The position numbers were made by a program, and so were the translations under genes. Shown here piece by piece: positions 8,053-16,917 of a stretch of 64,000 nt of DNA. The stretch comes from Candidatus Bruticola papionis (lineage in GTDB: Bacteria > Vulcanimicrobiota > Xenobia > Xenobiales > Xenobiaceae). Each line of letters begins with the position of its first letter. Positions within the stretch are counted from its first letter, which is position 1. The notes beneath the pieces are model-generated. The model made no database searches. It saw nothing but the letters and a program-made list of their open reading frames with translations, and was not told where the DNA came from. The DNA lies in contig DHKB01000019.1 in NCBI GenBank assembly GCA_002407045.1, positions 2,944 through 66,943 of the forward strand, given 5' to 3'.

Positions 8053-10396
8053 AGCTTGCTGTCATACCGGAGATACAAATCTTATCGACAGCAAAGGAAA
8101 TGATTCTACCGACATTAGCCGTCTTTTTGTAATGGTCGGCAATCCCAATGTCGGTAAAACTACGCTGATTAACGCTATTTCCGGTGCTTCACTTCGTATT
8201 GGCAACTGGCCTGGCACTACCGTAGAGCGCATGGAGACTCACTTCATTTATCATTGTAATTCCCAAGAATTGCAAGCTGGCGCTCAAGAGTCGGAAAATG
8301 TTGCTTCAAGTGATCAGAAGACTGAAGCTGACTCTGCTGAAAAGGCACCCACCAAACAAGCAACTGAAGCCAAAGCTGCCCAAGCAAAAGACACTGCTAT
8401 TAGAGTTCATCTCGTAGATTTGCCCGGAGCTTACGGTTTGGCCGCTTCCAGCGCAGAAGAGAAAGTCACCCGTGACGAGCTACTGACTCGTATGCCCGAT
8501 GCGGTTATCGATGTTATTGACGCAGGTAACTTAGAGCGCAATTTGGCTATGACTATTGAGCTTATTGAGCTCGGTGTTCCTGTGGTTGTAGCTTTAAATT
8601 TACTCGACGAAGCTAAAGAGAAAGGTATGAAGCCTAATATTGAGGCTTTATCCGAAGCTCTAGATTTGCCTGTGGTGCCTACGGTAGCCGTTAGAGAAGA
8701 AGGCGTGCAAGAACTTATGCGCCACGCTATAGCCGCTAAGCGCAGCAAGTTAAAAATAGAGTATCCTACCGAGATAGAAAAAGCCATTGAGGATCTATCC
8801 TCATTTTTGGATACTCCGGCTGCTCGCTGGATTTCTGTGGCTGCTTTAATTGGTGACAAGTTAGAAGACTTAGATAATCCTACTGAAAGCTCAGCTCAGG
8901 AGGAGGGTGAACGAGCTCATAAAGCTATTAAAGTTCCCTCTGACTTTAGAAAAAAGGCCGAGTATTATCGCAAGAAGTTTGCCGAAAGCGGTGTCGATTG
9001 CTTCTTAGAAATTGCCGATACTCGCTATCGCTTAGCTAGGAAAGTAGCCGAACTTGGCCAGTCTGCTCCGGCGGGCGTCCATAAGCTCACTGCTGCTATC
9101 GATAAAGTAGTATTGCATCCTATTTTTGGCATACCGATCTTTTTGTTCTGTATGTTAATTTTGTTCCGCTTTACTTTCGCTTTCTCTGATCCTTGGGTTG
9201 CTTGGCTAAATACCATAAAAGAAGTTTTTATGGGTTGGACAGCTTCAGCTCAAATGCCTGACATGGTACGCTCGTTTGTTATGAACGGCGTCTTGGAAGG
9301 TTTAGGCACAGTCTTAGCTTTTACTCCGGTTCTGTTTGTGCTTTATGTGGGCATGAGCGTTTTGGAGTCTAGTGGCTTCTTGGCCAGATCGGCATTCTTG
9401 GTCGACCGTATAATGAAAGCCATGCACTTGCCTGGTAAAGCTTTTATTCCTATGCTGGTTGGCGTGGGTTGTAATGTCCCCGGTATTGTGGCTACTCGCA
9501 CTTTGGAATCTTTTAACGAGCGCTTAAGAGTGGCCATGGCTGTTCCTTTTGCGCCTTGTAGTGCCAGAATGGCTGTTTTTGCCTTTTTCGCCACGATCTT
9601 TTTCCCAAAAAATCCCTCTTACGCTCTGTTTTTCATCTATACAATAAGTATTATCATGGGCTTGTTTACTATTTTGCTCATGAGTAAAATTTTGCACTCA
9701 GATGAAACTGGCTCCATTATGGAATTGCCTCCTTACAGGCTGCCAACTATGAAAGTCATTTGGAAGCAAGCCTGGGCTCGCACTTTGAGCTTCTTGGAAA
9801 GTGCCGGCGGAGCTATTTTTATTGCCGTTATTTTTGTTTGGGTTATCAATAGCTTCCCTGTAGGCAGTGTGGATGGCAGCTATTTCGCTCGCTTATCTCG
9901 CATTTTTACCCATTTTACCGCTACATTTGGCATTACCGATTGGCACTTGGCTGGAGCTTTAGTTCCTGGCTTTGTGGCTAAGGAAGTTGTGGTAGGCTCT
10001 TTGGCGGTCAGCTACTTCGGAGCTGGCGGTGAGGTGGCTTCTTTAACGTTGGGCAGTGGTTTGGAGCAGATCGCTGTCGGCTTTATAGATGCTATTATCG
10101 ATACCTTTAAAGCTTTCTTCCAGCTTTTCGGCTTGATAAGTTTTGGTGACGACTCCGACGGAGGACCTGCCGGTTTAGCTTCTCAAATTCTCAGCTGTGC
10201 TTCTCCGCGAGCTATTTTAGCTTACATGGTTTACGTGTTGCTTTATATGCCTTGCGTAGGCACTTTAAGCGCTCTGAAAACCGAGTTTGGCTGGAAATGG
10301 ACTGGCTTCTCTATAGCTTACTCTTTAATAGTGGCTTGGATTTTAGCCGTTATCGTCTACCATATTCCCTTAGGCAATTGGTTGGCTGGACTTTAG
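8045..10396 (+). CDS. feoB: Ferrous iron transporter B (G-protein domain plus permease)
   Basis: G1 GNPNVGKTT, G2 PGTTVE and G3 DLPG are present, with a long polytopic C-terminal domain. It overlaps the feoA stop. It carries a low-complexity insert between switch I and G3. Confidence 0.95.
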   Translation: MTKACCHTGDTNLIDSKGNDSTDISRLFVMVGNPNVGKTTLINAISGASLRIGNWPGTTVERMETHFIYHCNSQELQAGAQESENVASSDQKTEADSAEKAPTKQATEAKAAQAKDTAIRVHLVDLPGAYGLAASSAEEKVTRDELLTRMPDAVIDVIDAGNLERNLAMTIELIELGVPVVVALNLLDEAKEKGMKPNIEALSEALDLPVVPTVAVREEGVQELMRHAIAAKRSKLKIEYPTEIEKAIEDLSSFLDTPAARWISVAALIGDKLEDLDNPTESSAQEEGERAHKAIKVPSDFRKKAEYYRKKFAESGVDCFLEIADTRYRLARKVAELGQSAPAGVHKLTAAIDKVVLHPIFGIPIFLFCMLILFRFTFAFSDPWVAWLNTIKEVFMGWTASAQMPDMVRSFVMNGVLEGLGTVLAFTPVLFVLYVGMSVLESSGFLARSAFLVDRIMKAMHLPGKAFIPMLVGVGCNVPGIVATRTLESFNERLRVAMAVPFAPCSARMAVFAFFATIFFPKNPSYALFFIYTISIIMGLFTILLMSKILHSDETGSIMELPPYRLPTMKVIWKQAWARTLSFLESAGGAIFIAVIFVWVINSFPVGSVDGSYFARLSRIFTHFTATFGITDWHLAGALVPGFVAKEVVVGSLAVSYFGAGGEVASLTLGSGLEQIAVGFIDAIIDTFKAFFQLFGLISFGDDSDGGPAGLASQILSCASPRAILAYMVYVLLYMPCVGTLSALKTEFGWKWTGFSIAYSLIVAWILAVIVYHIPLGNWLAGL

Positions 10397-10424
10397 TTTC
10401 CCATTCGGTCGGGCAGGAGGTGTT

Positions 10425-10694
10425 ATGATAAAAGCTTTATTGCGTTCTGTAGCTCAAGAAAAATCTTGGCCAGAAATTGCTTCTGAATTAGGCTGTTCAG
10501 CTCAAGTTTTAGAAGCTATGCTCAATCAATTAGAGCAAGGCGGCTATCTGACGCGCCAGGGAAGCGGCTCTTCTCAGTGTGCTCCCACTGCTTGCCAAGC
10601 TTGTCTTTATAAAAAGATGTGTGCTGCTAAAGCTAAAATTAACGTCTGGAGCCTAACCGAAAAAGGCCGCCAAGCTGCCGAAATGGCTGATTAA
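10425..10694 (+). CDS. FeoC-like winged-helix protein with Cys cluster
   Basis: It is a small protein immediately after feoB. It has an HTH-like N-terminus and CxxxxCxxCxxxxxC. The position and pattern match FeoC-like regulators. Confidence 0.55.
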   Translation: MIKALLRSVAQEKSWPEIASELGCSAQVLEAMLNQLEQGGYLTRQGSGSSQCAPTACQACLYKKMCAAKAKINVWSLTEKGRQAAEMAD

Positions 10695-10715
10695 GTTCGG
10701 CCTTGGATCTACATT

Positions 10716-10768
10716 AAAAAGCACTTCTCGCCAGTTGCTAAAAACTAAGGTGAGAAGTGCTTTTTTAT
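10716..10768. terminator. Bidirectional rho-independent terminator between feoC-like (+) and hydA (-)
   Basis: The sequence is AAAAA GCACTTCTC (22-nt loop) GAGAAGTGC TTTTTT. The 9-bp stem is flanked by A-run and T-run. Confidence 0.7.
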
Positions 10769-10826
10769 AAAACAGCTTGTTGCCCGCAATTTGCATGCAG
10801 CAAGCCGCCTCGATATCTTACTTTAT

Positions 10827-12563
10827 TTACGATTTTTGTGGCATTTGCCAGCCGTTAATATCAGTATGCAGTAAGTGATGTGACCTTTTAGATAAGGGCT
10901 TAACCAGATACTCTGCGTAAAGAGCCCTTACATCCGTATTCTCGTGAGAGAAGCGAACTTTTGCTTTGCGGTCGAGCTCCCAAAGCAAATTAGCACGATA
11001 TTCTGCGCGTTCTTCACTGTCGTGAATCGGCTGACCGCCGCCACCGGCACAACCGCCTGGGCAAGCCATGACTTCGACAAAATCATAACGCACACGGCCT
11101 GACTCAATTTCCTCCAGCAATTTTCTCGTGTTTGCTAGGCCGCTTACGACTGCTGTACGAACAGTACCTGCACCCGGAATGTCGAAGCTAGCTTCTTTCC
11201 GGCCTTGTATACCACGCACGGCTGAGAAGGCGTCGGGATCAGGATTCTTACCTGTTACAAGATAATAGGCACTGCGAAGTGCTGCATCCATCACGCCGCC
11301 TGTAGTGCCGAAAACAACTGCTGCACCTGTGCCGGAGCCAAGTGGGGAGTCAAAATTGCTCTCTTCCAGCGCTGCCGGATCGATCATGGAACAACGGAGC
11401 ATACGCACCAATTCACGTGTGGTAATAACCACGTCGACATCCGGATCGCCACAAGCGCTCTTCATCGTCGGAAGATCGGCTTCCGTCTTTTTTGATGTAC
11501 ATGGCATGACGGAAATAACGCGTATATTCTTCGGATCAACGCTTATTTTTTCTGCAAAGTAGCTCTTTGCGATAGCGCCGAACATCTGTTGCGGTGATTT
11601 GGCAGTGGACAAATTCTTAGCAAATTGCGGGAACTGTCCCTTCACAAATCTCACCCAGCCTGGGCAGCAGGAGGTGAACATCGGCCATGTATAGGAGTCT
11701 CGGTGGGTAAAGCGCTCGATAAATTCGCTGCCTTCTTCCATAATTGTAAGATCGGCACTGAAATTAGTATCAAACACGTAATTGAAGCCAAGTTGACGAA
11801 GTGCAGAAGCAAGCACACCTGGAGTTGCCTGTTCGGCGCTCAGCCCGAAATATTCTGCCCAAGCGGCGCGAACCGCAGGAGCAACTTGCACTATGGTCGT
11901 CAGTTTTGAATCAGAGAGTATACGATAGACGCGGTCAGTGTCGTCTCGTTCTTCTAGTGCGCCAACGGGACAGTGGGTTATGCATTGACCGCAGTAAGTG
12001 CAAAGAGAAGTTGAAAGGCTGTCTGATTTTAATGAACCGATAGCTGTGCGGGAACCAGTTCCAACTAAGTCCCATATATGGACGCTTTGTATTTTGTCGC
12101 AAACTTGTACGCAGCGCATACACTTAACGCAACGATTATCAAAGCGCAGGATTGGCTCAGAATAGTCTACAGTTGAGGGACGTAGATTCTTCTTGTAGGG
12201 AGCTTTGAGCAAATTGTAGTCGTTGGCAAGTTTCTGAAGCTTGCAATTACCGCTGCGTGTACATTTTACGCAATTTACATCATGTTGGCTGAGCATCAGC
12301 TGAAGATTTACGCGGCGTGTCATACGAACTTTCGGAGATTTTGTATGGATGACCATGCCTTCGCCAACCATAGTGTCACAGGCAGCGACAAGCGTATCTT
12401 GTCCTTCAAGCTCTACCATACAGAGGCGGCAAGCGCCGATCTCGTTAAGATCTTTCAGATAACAGAGCGTCGGAATATCAATACTTGCTGTGCGTGCCGC
12501 TTCCAAGATACTCGTGCCTTCCGGTACGCTAATGGTTTTGTTATCAATAACAAGTGTTACCAT
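10827..12563 (-). CDS. hydA: [FeFe]-hydrogenase catalytic subunit (M3-type, CpI-like)
   Basis: It has an N-terminal 2Fe-2S ferredoxin fold and 4Fe-4S motifs. The H-cluster signatures TSCCPGW (L1), MPCTSKK (L2) and EVMACPGGCAGGGGQP (L3) are present. Confidence 0.9.
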   Translation of the reverse strand: MVTLVIDNKTISVPEGTSILEAARTASIDIPTLCYLKDLNEIGACRLCMVELEGQDTLVAACDTMVGEGMVIHTKSPKVRMTRRVNLQLMLSQHDVNCVKCTRSGNCKLQKLANDYNLLKAPYKKNLRPSTVDYSEPILRFDNRCVKCMRCVQVCDKIQSVHIWDLVGTGSRTAIGSLKSDSLSTSLCTYCGQCITHCPVGALEERDDTDRVYRILSDSKLTTIVQVAPAVRAAWAEYFGLSAEQATPGVLASALRQLGFNYVFDTNFSADLTIMEEGSEFIERFTHRDSYTWPMFTSCCPGWVRFVKGQFPQFAKNLSTAKSPQQMFGAIAKSYFAEKISVDPKNIRVISVMPCTSKKTEADLPTMKSACGDPDVDVVITTRELVRMLRCSMIDPAALEESNFDSPLGSGTGAAVVFGTTGGVMDAALRSAYYLVTGKNPDPDAFSAVRGIQGRKEASFDIPGAGTVRTAVVSGLANTRKLLEEIESGRVRYDFVEVMACPGGCAGGGGQPIHDSEERAEYRANLLWELDRKAKVRFSHENTDVRALYAEYLVKPLSKRSHHLLHTDINGWQMPQKS

Positions 12564-14590
12564 CTTTCCATCCTCCCTCCCTTGAAGATGCCATAACCAA
12601 AGTGATCACAGCGCAAACAGCGAGCACTTTCCGCGTAGGCTTCCTCATGAGTCATGCCATATTCAACTTCTTCAAAGTCGCATTTGCGCTGGGCAGCTTC
12701 ACGTTCTTTAGTGTTGATGCGACCACGCGCAGGACATACAGAAAGATGCGGAGCAGGGATTTCCACATCTGTGCGGATTTCATGATGGAAGCCAAGTTGT
12801 TCATCGATATTCGCCGCCGCAACTTTGCCTGCTGCAATAGCACGGATGGCAGTAGCAGGGCCGGTAACACAGTCACCACCGGCAAAGACGTTCTCCATAT
12901 TGTCAATCTGACTGGAACTTTCGGCCATAAATGTTCCCCGTCGAATTGGAATGCCAGTTTGTTCAAAGCCAGCTATTTCTACGCCTTGTCCAATGGCTAC
13001 AATGATAATGTCGGCTCGAATGCGTTCTTGAGGTAGATCGGCTTTTTCTGGACGCGGACGGCCTGCTTTGTCGGCAAGACCGATAATTTGTGGCTGTACC
13101 CAGAGAGCGGTAGCTTCACCAGCTTCGTTAGCTTCAATGCGTACAGGTGCACAGAGTTCGCGAATTTCCGCGCCCTCAGCGATCGCGCCTTGTACTTCGT
13201 CGGGAAGGGCAGTCATATCCGTAATTCTGCGGCGATAGACGCAAGTTACGCTGGCAGCGCCAAGGCGCACAGAGCTTCTGGTGACGTCCATGGCTACATT
13301 GCCACCGCCGATAACTACGATATGCTTGCCAGTAAAGTCAGGCATTATGTCGTCACCAATAGCGCCCAGCATTTCAACAGCGGATATAACGTTTTTGCTA
13401 TCTTCTCCTGGAATGCCGGTTTTTTTATCCGTATGAGCACCGATAGCAACGTAAAGACAATCGTAATCTTTGTGTAATTTTTCGAAAGAAATATCCTTGC
13501 CTACAGTTACGTTAGTATGTACTTCTACGCCGGAGGACAAAATAGAGTCGATTTCTGCATCAAGTTTTTCTCGCGGAAAACGGTAAGCCGGAATACCATA
13601 GCGAAGCATTCCGCCAAGTTGTTTTCTCTCTTCAAAGATCGTAACATTATGCCCCATAAGGCGCAGATAATATGCGCAAGATAAGCCACTGGGGCCACCG
13701 CCAATAATAGCCACGCGTTTGCCAGTATCTTTGGCGCAGGGAGGATTGGGCACATCGCCAGCGTGATCGACTGCGTAGCGTTTGAGTCCGCGAATGTTGA
13801 TAGGGGCGTCGACCATATTGCGACGGCAGCGTGCTTCGCATGGATGCTCACAAATGTAGGCACAGGAAGTTGGCATGGGATTGTCCTTGCGGATAAGGCG
13901 CACAGCATCAGCATATCGTCCTTCACGCACAAGTGCAACATAACCTGGCACGTCCACGCCGGCTGGACATAGTGATACGCAGGGAACTGGGTTTTGCAAT
14001 GAAGCAAGGCAGCGGTGATGCTGAACATGGTTCACGTAATCGTCATAGAAGCCCTCGAAGCCGCTCATAACTAACTGCGCTGCGTCGCGTCCAATGGCGC
14101 AATCAGCAGAGGCAATGATTACTCGTGCTGTCTTTTCAATAGTTTCGATGGTCTGCGTTGTGCCAGTACCGTCGAGAACTTCTCCCATAAGTGTAACAAG
14201 TTGGCCAAGTCCAATGCGGCAAGGCACACATTTGCCGCATGATTGTGCGTGGCAGAGTTGCAAAAATGTCAATGACATATCGATGGGGCATAATCCAGGA
14301 GGACTGGAAGCAATTCTGCGCTCCATGTCCTTGTACAGACGATCTACGACCATCTGTGCTTTGCTTGCAGTTTTTATATCTAGTCTGCTCAAGGGGCTCT
14401 CACTCCTTTGCTCTCTGAATTCCCAATACCCACCCACTAGTGTGGACATATTGTTGACGTTTCCGCTTTTTAATACATCTTTGGGTGGCTTAGTACTGTG
14501 ATATCGGTTTACTCTACTAACCTTCTCCTTTAAGGAAATTCGTGGTTTGACTTCCTTTATCGTACTCAAAAGAAAGAATGACTTTTCCAC
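12557..14590 (-). CDS. NuoF-C-terminal [4Fe-4S] domain fused to GltD-like NAD(P)H-dependent FAD oxidoreductase (putative hydrogenase diaphorase partner)
   Basis: The N-terminus has CGKCVPCRIG, a NuoF-like cluster. Next comes the GltD-type Cys-rich region (CPAGVDVPGY...CEHPCEARC). Two Rossmann motifs follow (IIGGGPSGLSCA, VVIGGGNVAMD). The GTG start overlaps hydA by 7 nt. Confidence 0.8.
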   Translation of the reverse strand: MEKSFFLLSTIKEVKPRISLKEKVSRVNRYHSTKPPKDVLKSGNVNNMSTLVGGYWEFREQRSESPLSRLDIKTASKAQMVVDRLYKDMERRIASSPPGLCPIDMSLTFLQLCHAQSCGKCVPCRIGLGQLVTLMGEVLDGTGTTQTIETIEKTARVIIASADCAIGRDAAQLVMSGFEGFYDDYVNHVQHHRCLASLQNPVPCVSLCPAGVDVPGYVALVREGRYADAVRLIRKDNPMPTSCAYICEHPCEARCRRNMVDAPINIRGLKRYAVDHAGDVPNPPCAKDTGKRVAIIGGGPSGLSCAYYLRLMGHNVTIFEERKQLGGMLRYGIPAYRFPREKLDAEIDSILSSGVEVHTNVTVGKDISFEKLHKDYDCLYVAIGAHTDKKTGIPGEDSKNVISAVEMLGAIGDDIMPDFTGKHIVVIGGGNVAMDVTRSSVRLGAASVTCVYRRRITDMTALPDEVQGAIAEGAEIRELCAPVRIEANEAGEATALWVQPQIIGLADKAGRPRPEKADLPQERIRADIIIVAIGQGVEIAGFEQTGIPIRRGTFMAESSSQIDNMENVFAGGDCVTGPATAIRAIAAGKVAAANIDEQLGFHHEIRTDVEIPAPHLSVCPARGRINTKEREAAQRKCDFEEVEYGMTHEEAYAESARCLRCDHFGYGIFKGGRMERW

Positions 14591-14653
14591 TTTCGTCCTT
14601 TTAGTTTACATGATAACGCGGAGCTAGACATCATTTTTTAGTTATTTTTTTAC

Positions 14654-14692
14654 AAATCATAACTTAGTAAATCATAATTAACTAAATCGTAA
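14654..14692. promoter_or_regulatory. Three tandem 15-bp direct repeats (tAAATCATAA / tAAATCGTAA cores) 65-100 bp upstream of the hydrogenase operon start
   Basis: Cores lie at 14654-62, 14669-77 and 14684-92, spaced exactly 15 bp apart. They sit in the AT-rich leader of the minus-strand operon. Confidence 0.35.
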
Positions 14693-14732
14693 GTCAAGTC
14701 CAAAATTGTGTGTAAATTATTTTAGGCATAAT

Positions 14733-14759
14733 ATTATGAGGCTGCTTAAGCCTCATAAT
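14733..14759. other. Perfect 10-bp stem-loop ATTATGAGGC-tgcttaa-GCCTCATAAT between IS256 remnant and hydrogenase promoter region
   Basis: The inverted repeat is visible in the sequence. It could be a terminator/insulator or part of the IS terminus. Confidence 0.4.
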
Positions 14760-16200
14760 TACCAACCACCACAGATGGATGGCACTGTCAAGGCCGCCGT
14801 AGCGAGGCGTTAGCCGGTGCCTTGACTGCGCCAGACAGATGTGTTAATCATGCAGCTCTAAGTTTCTGCTGTTCTTCAGCCACAATGATCAGCTTTGCTG
14901 GAACATTGGAGCTCATAAGTGTAGCTAATGAATCTTTGCTAAAGATGGCTCGTCCAGCTAACATGGCATCGTGAAGTTCCATTAACACAGAGCCCATGAG
15001 TCTTAGTACGGAGCTCTCGTTAGGAAAAACTCCAATTACTTTGGAACGTCGCTTCAATTCCTTGTTCAATCTTTTGATATGATTGGAAGTACGGTAGTAG
15101 CGTCTTAAACAAACAGGAAGAAGCATTACCGTCATGGAGCTTTCAAAACCATCATCGAGGCATGACATAGCAGCTTCAGCAACATCGCGGTAATCTTCAA
15201 TAATTTGATTACGAAGCTTACGAGCTTCAGTTATATTTTTACTATTGAACATGTCTTGAAGCTCAGTTTGGAGTCCAGCTTGGTATCTTTTTGGTGTTTT
15301 ATCTACGATGTTTCTAACAAAATGGAACTGACACCGCTGCCATGGAATAGTTGGAAAAACTTTCCCAATGGCATTCAAAATACCCTCATGAGCATCTGAA
15401 GTGATCATTAACATGTTATTTAGGCCGCGCTTTTTAAGTTTCATAAAGAAATCCGTCCATGTATTAGCAGATTCATTGGGATAAAGGTCAAAACCGATAA
15501 TTTCACGATGTCCATGTATATTTGTGCCGTAAGCGATAAAAAAGGCTTTTGAAATTATTCGACCATTCTCTCGCACCTTAAAATATGTGGCATCCACGGT
15601 GAGAAAGGAGATATTCTCCATCAAGAGTACGGTTTTGAAATTCGTGTACAACTTTGTCCATATCTTTACAGACTTCAGATACTTTTTATTTTGAAAAAGA
15701 TGTACCACATAACGTTTCCATAACTTTAGAGACTTTGCGAGTAGACACACCATTGACAACCATTTCCGCCATACTTGCTATGAGCGCTGCCTCGCTGCGT
15801 GAATAGTTATCGAAAATCAACGTTTTGAACGGTACATTCCTGTGCCTAGGAACATGCAAAGTAATTCGTCCGATTCTAGTGTCCAACTCTCTTTCGCGTA
15901 TACCGTTCCTACTATCTGTACGTTCTTCCGAGCGTTCGTAAGGCTTTGCTTTTAGTTGTTCTGATGATTCTGCTTGAAGAATTTTATCAAGGCTGGTTTG
16001 TAAAATATTTTTAAAGGCATCACCAGGATTATTAGATAGTAGTTGTAGAATTTCTTCCTAGTTTAATGTAATATTGATTTGGGCCATTGGTTTTCTCCTT
16101 TTAGGTTGTCTGTGGTTGGACGTTTTTATTATACCTAAAAGTAAGAGCCAATGGCTCTTTCATTTTACCGTTTCTTAATTTACACCACTATACGGACGTA
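14760..16200 (-). mobile_element. Decayed IS256-family insertion sequence (approximate ends)
   Basis: It contains a Mutator/IS256-type transposase collinear with IS256 Tnp from residue 1. The ends were inferred from transposase position and weak CCAACCAC(C)ACAGA terminal similarity. Exact IRs are not resolved. Confidence 0.65.
14848..16087 (-). pseudogene. IS256-family transposase, disrupted (TAG at codon 10 and a frameshift near 15686-15759)
   Basis: MAQINITLN*EEILQLL aligns with IS256 Tnp MTQVHFTLKSEEIQSII. The N-part (15686-15886) and C-part (14848-15759) ORFs lie in different frames. The C-part carries SDAHEGI...WQRCQFHFVRN motifs. Confidence 0.8.
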
Positions 16201-16637
16201 GCCATTATTTCTCTTGACTTGGCGTAGCGATAACGTTGTTTGCCAATGATGATACTATTATCTGATTCATTGAGTTTCCAACCAGCTTGTTTCAAGGTGA
16301 ATGATTTGTATTTTCCTATTTTCTTAAAAGATGGCGGTTCTGTACGAATTTTACGCTTTAAGTTTTTGAAAAATAATTTGTAGGCTCTGTCTATACGCTG
16401 AGTTATATCCTGCACAGCCTGTGAACCGATTTCATTCATATAAGCAAACTTAGACGTCTTTTTCAGCTTTGTCAGATGTTTCTGCAACTGATACACGTTA
16501 AGATATTTTTCAAACAGCTTATAGTATCTCTTATATAGAGCAATGCAATGGTTGTAGATTAGACCTGCGACATAGATCTGCCTATGAAGCTTTCTATTTC
16601 GCTTTGAATTATACAGCTTAAAGCAATACGTTCTCAT
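16188..16637 (-). pseudogene. IS200/IS605-family TnpB (OrfB) N-terminal fragment, truncated at the IS256 junction
   Basis: MRTYCFKLYNSKRNRKLHRQIYVAGLIYNHCI...RAYKLFFKN...PPSFKKIGKYKSFTLKQAGWKL is TnpB-N-terminal-like. The RuvC-like and zinc-finger domains are absent. The ORF ends where the IS256 remnant begins. Confidence 0.55.
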
Positions 16638-16917
16638 TACACCCCCCGCACTATATTGTTCCACAATGAATAGCGTTACTCCGCCAATAATAGAACAGAA
16701 ATAGCTATTTGTCCATAAAGTAGAAATACGAGAACGCAGCCAAAGGAATTCCTGCCTAAAACTATACAAATAGCAATTACGCAACAACCGTCCCTTTCAG
16801 TTGCTTGTGCAAATTCGGTGGACGTGCCTCATATCCCCATGCCTGAAGGCAGGGGCTTTACGGCACTTGCGGTAATATATTGGCGCGAAAAAAATTTGTG
16901 CTTAAGGGATTATCGTA

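Noticed and set aside
8431-8859. 142-aa antisense ORF inside feoB, and similar antisense ORFs elsewhere (31879-32319 in the M23 gene, 17139-17423 in mod, 39583-40080 in the transglutaminase-like gene).
   Set aside because: They lie fully inside well-supported genes on the opposite strand, with no RBS or motifs. They are typical shadow ORFs.
16638-16787. Upstream 50-codon extension (MLRNCYLYSF...) of the TnpB-fragment ORF.
   Set aside because: TnpB family proteins begin at the MRTYCFKLY-type motif. The extension is hydrophobic junk, likely non-coding left-end sequence.
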